DNA of 64,000 bases from positions 1 to 64,000 of the forward strand of contig QPGO01000118.1 in NCBI GenBank assembly GCA_008632985.1. Direction: 5' to 3'. This stretch comes from Psammoneis japonica (Eukaryota). Both the position numbers and the translations under genes were made by a program. The notes beneath the pieces are model-generated. The model saw nothing but the letters and a program-made list of their open reading frames with translations, did no database searches and was not told the origin of the DNA. Positions 38,125 through 50,167 of the stretch are shown here, piece after piece (position 1 is the first letter of the stretch; each line of letters begins with the position of its first letter).

Positions 38125-39170
38125 ATGGCAAATCTTTTTTCCAACAGAACCAGAATCTCAAAGGATGGGAATTGCATTAAATTGAGCATGGTGGTGGTGG
38201 CAGCACCCCAGGATGACTGTTTCCTCATCTTGCTCAGGATCACTGATGATGGTGAAGAAACTGATTTGGGTTGTGTGATGACAGAATTCAAGTCCACAGA
38301 GGCAATCACCAAGTTTGTTCTTGTGCAGTCATGGGTCCTGTCAAGCAAAGCTGACACTGCAAGCTTCTTGTGGACATTGCTGAGGCCTTTGCATGGCACA
38401 CACACGACCAACATTGCCACCTGACCGATCACCCTCAAAGAAACCAGGTTGATCAACAACTTGAGTGGTCACCCATGCTGATGATCAAGCCAAACTCAGG
38501 CATCAGCCACACCAATGCTTCTCCTCTGAGTGTTGCCACCCCTGTTTCAATTGCTGGTGCACGTCCCTCTGGCAGCAATTGTTGTGAAGAAAGTGCACCC
38601 GCAGCTTGAACTGTCTCCAGTGCTTGCAATCAAGCCCCAGCTCAGGCATCAGCCACTGGTGCTCCTGCTTCAAATGCTGCCACTCTTTTGTTTCAACTGT
38701 GCTGGTGCACTTCCATTGTCCTTGTGAATGAGCTGCACCCACAACTTGAACAGTCGCCGGTGCTCCCAATCAAGCCCCCACTCAGGTGTCAGTCACCAGT
38801 GCTTGTCCTCCAAATGTCACAGATTGTCTTGTTTGGCCTGTCCGTGCACCTGCCTCCTGAAGAAACTGTGGAATGCAGCACCAGCATTGCAGGACAAAAA
38901 TGCAAGTCCTCAAACACAGATGTGTGCACCTCTGGTTTTGAAAACTTGAATTGCAGGAGGATGATTGATGGCATGGGAGGTGCAACACATTCTTTGGAGA
39001 CATGGCACAAACACAACACCGCTCTTCTTTTGGAAGCAAACCACTTGTTGTCCCCCACTGAAATGAAGAACAAATTCAAACTGGGTGTTGGCATTCAACA
39101 CAGGTGCAACTGGGGTTGACACACATGGGTGTGTCAATGTGTCTCATTCTGTGTTGCATTTCTTCATGTG
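38125..39170 (+). pseudogene. Highly decayed paralog of the gene at 45216, with an internal ~140-bp triplication (about 38457-38830)
   Basis: MANLF..RI.KDG.CIKL..VV.AAPQDDCFL aligns with MANLF..RIYK.G.CVKIG..TAAPKGDYFL; clear DNA similarity to 41475-42270. Confidence 0.75.
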
Positions 39171-39243
39171 CAAGCAGCAGTGAGCACCTCCATTTTGTGG
39201 AAAAAAAAAACATTGAACAATTGAGTTGATGGACATGTTTCAA

Positions 39244-39559
39244 TGATCATGTCTCTGGTGCCGCAAACCCTGTTGTCGTCCAAACAAACTCTCAGTGCCT
39301 CGCCCCCCTTTTTGCACATGTGGGGAATTTGGTTCTGCCATTTGTTTTCTCCAGAAATTTGTGCTCAGTCATTTGGCATGGATTTGGCAAAAATTCAGCA
39401 GATTTCAAATTTGTGCCAAGCCTGCATCATTTTGCTCAGATCACATTTCCCAACAAAGAGAATGAGTGAAACAAATTCCTCATGTGAAAAGTGAAAAGCA
39501 AGGGGGTGAGGCACTGACGTTCTGTTGGGAAGACAAGGTTTGCGGCAGAGATGTGATCA
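39244..39559. mobile_element. Degenerate MITE-like foldback with ~65-bp imperfect inverted repeats
   Basis: tgatca..tctct..gccgcaaacc..tcagtgcctc versus gaggcactga..ggtttgcggcagagatgtgatca; TSD not resolved. Confidence 0.5.
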
Positions 39560-41474
39560 TTGAAACACATCCATCCACTGAATCATTTGACGGGAGGTTT
39601 TCCCACAAAATGGAGGTGCTCGCTGCTTGTGCCAAACAGAACTCAGATGTGTTCCAGCCGCGCGTGAACCAAATCATGCACAAAAATGACATTTTTTTCA
39701 ATTTTGCACAGCCCCTGATTTGCGATCGAGCTTTTGCCACCAAAAGCATGCATTCATCCACATGTCAATGTTTTGCAACACTGACAAGACTCGAGTGAGT
39801 GTTGCGATGTCAAAAATGTGATTCAAGCTCAAGAGGCGGCTAAAGTGGCAGTTGCAAGTTGCAGGTCATGGCTGTTGTCTTCATCTTGAATGGACTGCGA
39901 TCATTGTGCTGGGAATTGACAGCTGCAGCTGGTCAGTCTGCTGGTTTCAACAATTGATCACAAGACAGATTTGTTCATTCTCGACCTTTGCAACATGCAC
40001 ACAGGGCTTGTCTCTAAATCAAAAAGAGCTCCAGTCAGATCAGCTGCAGTGTTTCTTGCTTCTAAACTCTGCTGATGTGAAATCTGAAATGCGGTCGCTG
40101 AACCCAGAGATGAGCGATGCAAATGTCCTGTGCATGCAATGAGGATGATTCATTCCAGGGCCCTGTGTGCTCCCACCGCATGAGTGCACATTTGACGGCA
40201 GCTGTGAAGGACGAGTGAAGAAGGTTGGCAGCATGATGGTCAGCATCAAGGACACTGTTGACACTGTCATCAAGACTTTTCATGCTTTTCATGGCATGAG
40301 ATTTCTCAATGTGATTGGCAACCAGCTTGAAGACCTTGGCATCAAAGAATGCATTGTCTGCATCCTTCATTGGTGCAGCTCCATCTTCCCATTTAATGTC
40401 TCATTTGCAAAATTGAGCATGATCCCAAGACTGCTCATCAAGTTGCATCCCATGATCATGTCAAACATTGAAATGAAAAAGAAGGAGTGCCATCCACACA
40501 CAATGTCTTCTCAAGCATTTCATGCTCATCCAATTCAGGCAATGAGAGCTGCATTTTGCATTTGCTGTCAGTTGCAAAGAGCCCTTCCTTGGTTTCCCAA
40601 GCTTTGGGGCAGATTCTTCAGTTCTCAGTTTCTGCATGAATTTGTACAAGATTGTGGTTGGCAATGTTCTGCTGCCAAGAAGAACAAACAGAGGCCTGTT
40701 TTTCTCCTTGCCCAAGGAAGTGTTCATGCAAGCAATGTCTGCTGGGCCAGCATGAGCATGGCATGAGGTTGTTTTTGCTTTTTTTCAGGCTTCCTGAAAT
40801 CCAGCAGTGCATGTGACTTGTCAACAGACCCCAGTCATTCCTTGGGTTCACTGCATGTCATCCGGTCAAATTGGCAGTTTTCTTCACTGAGGGTTTCAGC
40901 ATCAGATTCTTCACCCTTGGGCTTCCATCACACTCTTCAATGAACTCTTGCTTTGAGAGTTTTGTTGGCTGCTTTCTTCCTTGTGAGAGGCACCTCCATT
41001 GTCACAACATGACCACATGTGATTGCCATTCTCATGTTGCCATTTGGGTTCCACTCAGAATTCTCATGGCACTCCTTTGCCAGTCTTTAAATGACCCAGC
41101 ATTCACCCACATTGTGAGTGGTCTTTTGCAGCAGTTGCACCACTTGTTGGGCTCAGAACATTTGGTGCCAGACAGGTGACCATTTTTGGGATGAGATTGA
41201 GATCCAACTTTGGGTTTGGAATCAGACTTGCTGTTGGCATTGCCCTTGACATGAACAGCATCAAAGATGTCCTCTGCAACCTCCAGGGGGGTTGTGATTA
41301 CAAGTGGAAGCATGGCGTTGGGTCCCATGGCTGCGTGCTGCCTGCACGCACACATGCCAGCAACAAAAAACGCGAGTGGGTGACGGCGGTGTCAGCCATC
41401 CTTCCAGAATGCAGGCATCTACATGCTGTTGAGCAACTGGAAGCCCAACTGGGTTTTGGTTTGTTGCAACAGCG

Positions 41475-43040
41475 ATGGCAAATCTTGTTTTGGTTCACGA
41501 CAGAATCAGAATCTTAAAGGATGATGTTTGCGTTAAATTGGGTGTGGTGGTCACTGCAGCGCCCCAGGGTGACTGTTTCCTCATCTTCCTCAGGATCTTT
41601 GATGATCCTGAAGAAGCCGATTTGCGGCACAACGATCGAATTCAAGTCCACAAAGGCAATCATCAAGTTTGTTCTTGCGCAGTCATGGCTGCTGTCAAGC
41701 AAGGTGGATGCTACGAGCTTCTTGTGGACATCACTGAGGTTCTTGCACAGCACGATCACCATGCCCACCCGCCCGATCACCCTCAAAGAAACCGGGATCA
41801 ATCCACAACTCGAGCAGTCGCCCGTGCAGACAATCAAGCCCCGACTCAGGTGTCAGCCACCGGTGCTCCTCCTCTGAATGTTGCCGCTCTTGTTTCAACT
41901 GCCGGTGCACTTCCCTGCAGTGACAATCATCGTGAAGAAACTGCAGAATGCAGAACCAGCATTGCAAGACGAAAACGCAAGCACTCGAATCCAAGATGAA
42001 AACGCAAGCGCTCAAACACAGATGCGCGCACCTCTGGCTTTGAAAACTCAAGTTGCAAGATGACGATCAATGGCATGGGAGGTGTGATGTGTTCCTCAGA
42101 GGCGTGGCTCGAACGAAATGCTGCTCTTTTGCAAGAAGACCACTTGTTGTCCCCTGCTGAAATGCAGAGCAAATTCAAATTGGGTGGTGGCATTGCATGC
42201 TGGTGCAACAAGGGTTGACACATGTGGGTGCGTCAATGGATGCATCTTGTCATGTGTTGCATTTCATGCGTGCCTGATGAAACTTGCAATTTTTTGCTGT
42301 TCAGGACATCCGGCCGTGCTCTTCTGTGCCCAAGTTTAGGTGCACCTGGGTGCCCATGAATCGCCACTCACAGCTGCCATTGTTGAGGAAGCCGCGCTGC
42401 CAGAGCACGAGAGATTGGTTGAAACAGACAAGGGGCATAAAGAGGCTGCGGCAATGGCCAAAGAAACAGTGCGCAAGGTCATCCTGGAGTGCCAGGAGTT
42501 TGTGAATCGATTGCGGCGTGGTCGCGACTGTGACGAGAGAGACGAGCATGAACGACCTGGGTCGAGAGTTTCAGATGACGAGCAGGTGACGGGGCCTCTC
42601 ATGGTGAATTCAATTGGGATTGCCGGGACTGTGTTACCTGCAAGGATTGTAAAAGACACTTTCTCCGAGGCAACGTCAGGGTTGCATTTGTTCGTCCCGA
42701 AACTTTGGAGGGTAAGTTGGCCGCATTAAAATGTGTTGATTGCGCTTTGGAAGCTCTTGAAGACCCCGAAGAGCTCCAGGGGTGGGATGCACTCAACGAA
42801 CGGGACCGTCTTATGATTCAGAGAAAAGTTCGGATGAAATATGGGGGTGCAAGTGCCAGCTCCGTCGAGCGTGAATCAACCACTGCCACCAAATTAAATG
42901 GAGTGAATGGGCACAATTCCACCTCCATGAGTGGTTGAGCCGAAATCATGACTTGAAGCATGACGGACTCTCACATGAAGAATGCCTTGCCATGAGGCCC
43001 ACAAATGTAACGTGGAGACGGAGGCAGCAGAGATGGGTAC
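41475..43040 (+). pseudogene. Decayed paralog of the zf-PARP/AP2-like gene at 45216
   Basis: MANLV..TAAPQGDCFL; HLGAHESPLTAA (AP2-like); CVDC..LQGWDALNERDR (zf-PARP-like); HDGLSHEECLAMRPTNVTWR matches HDTLSHETCLAMKPLNVHWR. Confidence 0.8.
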
Positions 43041-43449
43041 GTTGTGACAAACTTCAAGAAGGAGAAGGGACGCCCGTCCTGGACGCTGTCGACAGTCATG
43101 CTCTGACACTTGTGTTTTGGATGCTTGTCATTTCCACCTTGTGCAAGATTGTTGGGTTTGGAAACAACAGGCCCATTGGTTCATGTCGGCCGTTTCTCCA
43201 TGCAGTTGTCGCGAATCAAAAGGGCGGTCAGATCAGTGCAGCAGTCATTGCTCGCTTCTAACTACACTGTAACGCGATCACCGAACCCGGAGATGAATGA
43301 TGCGAATATCCTGCGCGATGATATTCTCAAATTCACCTTCTCGCTCTTCTCTCAGCTTCTCGCAGTAGAAAGGCCTGCCGGTATGTACCGGTATGCCCTT
43401 TGTTGGAAGGCGTTTTTGACGGCGGCTGAAGAGAAGTGAAGAAGGAACC

Positions 43450-44662
43450 ATGACGATTCTTTACGTTTCGTCGTTTGGCAACACGTTCAACATTGTCAAG
43501 GTGGACGAGAAGGGAAACTTGATTGAGATTGTGGAAACAGTCGACCCAGTCGTGGATCCGATTCCTGAAAGCGTTGACAAAAAAAAGTTAGCGACGGAAT
43601 GGATCGACAAGCACCCCAAGCAAAACTTATTGTATGCCTGACATCCTTTTGGGACAAATCCTTTGCCATATTGACCACGTATCGCATTGTAGATGACACA
43701 AATGGCACGGTAGAAAATCTCGGCTCGTGCGAGACACTGGGATATCAGGCGGCTCACGGTATCTTTTCTGCAGACGGATCCACCTATGTTGTGTCGCACC
43801 ATAACGATGGACGAGTATCCTTTTTTGATGCCACCAAGAATAGAGCTATCAAAAAACCTATACAAGTTATTCGTTTACCTTCTCTGGATCCCGAGAAATT
43901 TAGAGAACCCCAAGACCACCGCATGGGGTTTGGTTTTCCGGGTTGTCACTTCTCCACTTATACACCCAACGGCAAGTACCTTGTCGTGACGGATTGCGTG
44001 CAGGATGTTATCTTTACATATGCCGTCGACAACAAGGGGCGTCCAATACAAGATCATCCACCAATCATTTGGAAATCAAAACGAACCAGCCCTTGGTTGG
44101 AGGCTTGTTGATCAAGACCTTGTCCTATGTGTTTGGCCTCGGATTTCGACCTCGTCGTGCCGTAGTACATCCCAATGGCAAGTACCTCTATGTCCTTTCC
44201 GAAATGAAAAACATGATTCAAGTGTATGCGATCGACAGCGACACGGGCGCCATGGATTCCGAGTGCTTGCAAGAGCTTGTCGTTGCGGATCCAACCCTAA
44301 AGGATGCTTGGTGGGTTGGATTCAGTTTGACCGCGAGTGCCGAACTAAAAGCGACACCAGACTGTTTGCTGCTGTCAGTTCGAGGCTTTAGGAGCTGGGG
44401 TGGTCGCAAAGCCGAATGCAGTGTGCGTAGCCTAGTGTACAAGGATGATGGTCGTACACTCGAGCTACGAGACAAAACGGACGAACCCGCGCCGGTGCGG
44501 CACTTTTATCGTGAAAAGGACAATGACACACTGTGGGTTGGTTTTAACTCGTCCAAAACGACGGGTGTGAGAAAGTATAGAGTGACAAGTGAGGGTAAAT
44601 TTGAGCTTGTTGGCGAAGGAAATGTAGGTGTGGATGCCTGGTGTGTGGTGCCGAAACACTGA
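43450..44662 (+). CDS. Lactonase-family beta-propeller (6-phosphogluconolactonase/cycloisomerase-like) with two apparent frameshifts
   Basis: HPKQNLLYA, CHFSTYTPNGKYLVVTD, PRRAVVHPNGKYLYVLSE, SVRG, PVRHF; normal TA content; frame changes near 43637 and 44090. Confidence 0.8.
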
Positions 44663-45017
44663 GAGGAACTGGAGAAAAGCAGAACCAGTGTGGCTGCGGA
44701 AGGGGAATGCTTCGAACCAAGAACACACTTGGCAACGAAAAAATCACATAAACTTAATTTTGGGCTTTGCTTAGCTAGAAGAATAAAACAGGAGCGGGCC
44801 CTCGCAGTCGCAAGTGACGTCGAGCATTCGCTTTTTCGCGACCAGCCTCTCTGTGTGACGACTCAAAGAGGACGAAAAACTGCAATGAAGAGTGACAGTA
44901 GATAGAGGAATCGTTGGTGTGAGGAGGCGCTGGCGCGACATGATGCTCGAAGCTTCGGTGACATGTGAAAATGATGCGCATTACGAGGTGCGAGGTCACC
45001 GCAAAATCCCAGATCCA

Positions 45018-45120
45018 TCCCTTCAAAACCCGGTCTTACAATCTGCCATCGAAGTAGCAACATGCTATATCCCTTCAAAACCCGGTCTTACACTCTGCCA
45101 TCGAAGATAACAACAAGCTT
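45018..45120. repeat. ~52-bp tandem duplication upstream of the 45216 gene
   Basis: tcccttcaaaacccggtcttaca.tctgccatcgaag occurs twice. Confidence 0.85.
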
Positions 45121-45215
45121 GTCCGCTGGTAGGTATTGAAATACAGCTGCAACCTTGGATTCTCTAGCTAGAAAACAAGCAGTCGCTTCAGTTTCAGAAG
45201 TGTTGCTTTTCAGGA

Positions 45216-47319
45216 ATGGCGAATCTTTTTCAACTTCGTGACGAGGTCAGAATCTACAAGAGAGGCGGCGAATGCGTTAAGATTGGAAAGTTGATGACTG
45301 CTGCACCGAAAGGTGATTACTTTCTTCTCTTTCTTAAGACCGATCATAGAGAAAGGGGTGGGGTTTTAGAGCACGATGCTAAAATCGATGTTCACCGGGG
45401 AGGTCGCAGAATCTGTTCTGGTGAAGTCATGTATGATGCGCAACAAGGGAACCAGTTTTGCGAGCTTGTCTTCAACATCACTGGAGCCTTTGCAGAGCCT
45501 CCCGATCCTCCAAGTGTGGGTGCTGCTATTCCGCCGCCCCCTCGGACAAATAGGGTGCAACCCACAAACAGAGGAACGGCTCCTGCCCCGGCTAGAAGAC
45601 CGGCAGCCACGTCTGTGGTGATTGCTTCGGCTCTGGAAGATTCTTCATGTCAACAAGACGATGATGAACAAAACTTTGAGCAAGGAAGTCCAGCGAAGTC
45701 CAACGGATTCGATCAAATGGTGCCGGTTGCGGTTGAGATGAGCAAGTCTAATCAATCGATTTGCCAGATCTGTGGAAATCGCATCAAGCAAGATGACTCT
45801 CGGTGGATATACCACAAGCCAACGACGAAGATCAATCCTAGTAGATGCCTCTATGCACATCTAAACTGTGGTAAATGGGATGTAGCAAAGGTCGAACACG
45901 TCGAGGGCTTGGAAACCTTGCATGGCGAGGATAGAAAGTGGCTTGAAGCCCGCCTGGGAAGGAAAGTGCCCGGCTTTAAGAATCTGAAAAAGGTAAGGCA
46001 ACGGAAAAGAAAAGGCCCCATGACAAGACTACAGTTGTTGGCATCGGCGGAGAACGATATTCCGCAGCTACCGGATCTTCTCAGTCCTATGACAAGACCA
46101 CAATTGTTGGCATGGGAAGAGAGCGATATTCCTTAGCGGCGTGGCTCCGTCGTAACCCGGCATTATCGGAAGCAGACCACGTGCTTGCACCCGGCGACGC
46201 CAGGATGAAATTTGAATTGGGTCGGCTTATCTACTATGTAGAGAAGCGGCGGAAGTGGGTATGTGAAAGCAGTTTAGGACAAAATCTTGTGTCATGAAAA
46301 TGTTTCTTGGTGCAACTCACAACTCCGCGTGTTATAGAACGTTTTGCTATACTGTTCAACAGAAAAGCGCTCTTTCTACATTGGTTGTTTTGGTTCGCCA
46401 CTTGAAGCTGTGTGTGCGAGGGAGGCTGCGTCGTCGCAACACGACGACTTGATTTCCAAGGGGCAGCTTCACCAAGAAAGTTGGAATCTGGTCAGAGACA
46501 AGGCACTAGCAGCGGCGAAAGAGTACCTTGAGTTCGTGACAGGATTGAAGAAGATTAGCCGTAGCAATGCCACAGAAGAGAATGCATGTCAAGAGACGGC
46601 GAGCCTCCGGGCGAGTTCGATCGGACTGAACCACCGGCCGTTCATTTGTAAGACTTGTAAAATGACTGTTCCACAGGGAAGTATTCGCGTCGAATTCACC
46701 CGTCTCGAGAGCACAGAGAGCAGCAAGCCGGCTGCGTTGCAATGTGTAAACTGCGCGAAGGAACTAATTGACGACCCGAGGGCGCTCGCTGGATGGGATC
46801 GGCTCACCACACAAGATCGACATCAGATCCAGGCGCAGATGGTCGCCAAGGACAATAATGCTGGTGTGGCTTCCACCGAGTATGACATTGCCACACCCAA
46901 GTTGAATGGGATGGACGGAGAGCAGTTTCATCTTGATCGTTGGCTGAGCCGAAATAGTCATTTGAACCATGATACACTATCACACGAAACCTGCCTTGCA
47001 ATGAAACCCTTGAACGTACATTGGAGAGAAGCAATTGGAAGATGGGTAAGCATCAAGTCGGCTTGAGGAAGCAATAACACACAAGGCACCTGCATGTCCC
47101 GGCATCTGACTTTTTACCGTTTCTCACCCTTAGGCTGTCGTAGTGAAAAGTCGAGATATCTGCCATCAGAATTCCTTCCTAGAAGCAGTTGTGGCCCGAG
47201 AGGCGGCATTAGGGTACATGAGAGGATTGAACAGAGGTGAAAAGGAGGTGGACGCGGCCAGACATGCTGCAGCAGAGGCCGTTAAAGCTTACAAGGCATG
47301 GTTAGCGTCTCGCACATAA
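45216..47319 (+). CDS. Multi-exon protein with two PARP-type zinc-finger-like and two AP2-like domains
   Basis: SKSNQSICQIC..I..HLNC..VEGLETL; CKTC..RV..CVNC..LAGWDRL; FYIGCFGSPLEAVCAREAA and SFLEAVVAREAA; plausible GT-AG introns at about 45993-46136, 46259-46337/46363 and 47046-47133. Confidence 0.65.
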
Positions 47320-47655
47320 ATAATGAAAAATAAATTCATCATTGAAGAATGCAGCCAAACAGAGCTAAAACATTGTTTGATTTGGTATATCCTTTCTCCA
47401 GACGGATCCGTCTTGAACCTTTTTTTTGTTTCTGCACTATAAGGTATCCTTTTATGATCCAACAAGGAAGGAGCTATAGAAAGGCGGTATACGTATTTCG
47501 TGTACCCGCTGTGGCTAAAGTGGGGTCGATGGTGTACGAGAGAATGTTTTCCATGTGGTAAGAAATAGCAATTCGTTTATATCATATATAAAAAACATAG
47601 CTTTGGCAAGTAGCACAACAAAGCACAGGATCTAGAACACGGACCCTTCCAAAAA

Positions 47656-48231
47656 TTAGCACGGTAGATATATACCATTGTGTCCACCGCCGCAAACACA
47701 GCATAGTTCGTTGGTAGTGTGGTCACCCATATCAAACCAAGGAAGATCGTTGCAACCATCACCATCAACGTTCTGGGCAGCAACTTGACACATGTAATCA
47801 AAACCCGGAACGTCCTCGCACAGGCATCCACAGCGGCCTGTACATGGCTTTGGAAGCTTTATATTTCCTCCGCCACAAGCGCAGCATGCTTCGTTTGCCG
47901 TCTGCTGGGGATAGCCCCAAAACTGTGTAGGGTCAGGAGGTGGTGGTCCGGGATACCCGTTTCCGTACAGCGCGCAATGATTTCCCTGGGCATACCAGTT
48001 GCAGTCAAAGAAAGGGCCATCAGCGTCGTACCAGGGTTCCACGTCACCACACCCAAAGGTGCGTTTGCGCTGCTGCTGTCGTTGGAGTCTAAGTTTTTCT
48101 TGGTGCTTCTTCTTGGCCTTTTCCACATCGGGTTTTATGCGGTCTTCTTGCTCGCCAAGCTTGGCAGTGGTGAGAGACGGTGCAGCAAGGAGCAGCAGTG
48201 CGACGGCATAGTTGATCTTTACAATGGTCAT
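47656..48231 (-). CDS. Secreted cysteine-rich protein with two CCxCGGG-ending repeats
   Basis: Signal-peptide-like MTIVKINYAVALLLLAAPSLTTA; TANEACCACGGG and TTNELCCVCGGG; normal Tyr content. Confidence 0.75.
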   Translation of the reverse strand: MTIVKINYAVALLLLAAPSLTTAKLGEQEDRIKPDVEKAKKKHQEKLRLQRQQQRKRTFGCGDVEPWYDADGPFFDCNWYAQGNHCALYGNGYPGPPPPDPTQFWGYPQQTANEACCACGGGNIKLPKPCTGRCGCLCEDVPGFDYMCQVAAQNVDGDGCNDLPWFDMGDHTTNELCCVCGGGHNGIYLPC

Positions 48232-49449
48232 GATTTGAGGAAGGGTGTTTTTCGTTTGCGTTTTGGTTTTTCTTCGTTGCAGCAGTGATTTTGATTTTGT
48301 GAGGACTCCTGCGGCGCTGGCACTGGAGATACAACTCTGAGTCTTGCACTCTCGGCCTGCGACTGGGGCCGCGCTTTTTGCACGACCAGCTGCTTTGTGT
48401 GACTCAAAGCCAAGACTCAAAAGAGCGCATGCCTCATCACGTCGACGTCACTCTCCATCGTGAGTCTATGCGTCGACCGTTCTTGGCGCGCGCTCGCACG
48501 CACCCGAAGGTCTCCTGATGTGTAGACGACTCTCACGGAAGTCAAACGGACGGTTTGTTACGATGCCTCCGGAATCCCCGCATGTTTCTACATGCGCAAA
48601 AAACTTTTCTACGGAGAATTCTACACGAAACATGCCAGGAGGGCACGGCAACAAATCGCCCACATGCGACCCTGGTGCGTCGTCCATCTTACAGCACTTC
48701 CGCGAGAGTCTATGAGGCGAGACTTCGGACAGGTGTCTTTCAAATGGGGGCAAATTTTCAGTTCGCCTGTGCCAGAGGCTTGTGCAGCTTCTACGTGGGT
48801 CGTGAGGCGAGTCGAAAAAGACTGGAAACAAGCCAGGAGGTGAGTTGAAAGACTCTCCGCACTTCACCACGATGAGAAAAACGGAGCATTTGAAAAGAGC
48901 ATTTGAAATGGCGTCCCTCCCATTTCAAATGCTGTGTGTTTTCTTCGCGCTTTGTTTGTGGTGATGGGAGTTCCAAGATGAAGCGTGGGAGGGGAAGGCT
49001 GAAGATGCGTTCAAGGCAAGCCGCTGCAGTCCATGTGTGCTTCTCTCTGTTTCTCAAACTCAAACACTGAGCTCTTTGCATTCACAGGAACGGCAATCTG
49101 CATTTTGGCATGAATTTTATCTTGTCTCACTGTGAGCTGTGGATGCCAGCGGAATGAGAAAATTGACACTGAGGACTCTTTTGCTGGACTCTGTGACGAA
49201 TGACTGTTGACGCATTTAGTGCGAGACAGCGCACTGCATGGTTCTGATTTTGTGTCGATTGAAACAATGAATCATGATTCAATGCAAAAGCTCATGGCAT
49301 TTTTTTTGAGTTCGTGTTGATTGCAAGCTCTCCCCTGCTCGACTCGCTCACCATGTCGTGTCTTTCTCTTGCTTGCCGACATCGCGCAACACGCTGGAGT
49401 GGCCACAACATTTCACAACAGTTGTTCACTGTGCGCAAGGAAATGTGGC

Positions 49450-50035
49450 ACAAACAATGTGCTTTCTTTTGGTTTAGTTCTGCAAGCAGAGATCATGACA
49501 TCACACGAGTTTTGCCGAAACAAAGGTGTTGCTCACATTGACTGCCGCTGTCTCACCGTCTCTCTGTCTGTCGACAGCCGCCAGAAACAGACCTCTTGAC
49601 AGATGGGTTGCGAGCGGCAGGATTGCAGGCTTGTGCCGCAGGAGGCAAGGAGCCACTGAAAGAATGTGTTTTCTTTTGGTTTTGATCTGCAAGCACAGAA
49701 AGCACAGACAATGATCAATCTGCACTCTGTTCTCACTCGGCTGTTCTCACCGTGCGCTTCATTCACACTCGGCTTTTCTCGCCGTCTCTCGGTGCATCCG
49801 CAACCGGCTGAAACAATGTGCTCTATTTTGGGTGTTGTTCTGCAAGTGCTGATTATGATGTTAGAGTTTGCCAAACTGTTGGTGTGCATTTTTCTCACTC
49901 TGCTTTTCCCGCCGTGCTCGGTCTCTCGGTGGCCGCCAGTGGCCCCTCGAGACAGCTCGTTGACAGCAAGATTCCAGGATTGAGGCAAAGAAAGGCTGAA
50001 ACAATGTGCTTTCTTTTGGGTGTTGTTCTGCATGG
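49450..50035. repeat. Four dispersed copies of a ~40-bp motif near the left end of the TIR element
   Basis: aaacaatgtgctttctttt..g.tctgca-like copies near 49452, 49657, 49808 and 49996. Confidence 0.6.
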
Positions 50036-50167
50036 CATGTGTGGATCTTGAGTTTAATTGATTTTAAACGCAACATGCATTTCGCTCACAACTCTTGGTT
50101 CCGACTTACAGTGCAGCACTTCTCTGGGTCTCTCGGTGGCCTCTGCCGGTGTTGCAAGCGCGACGAC

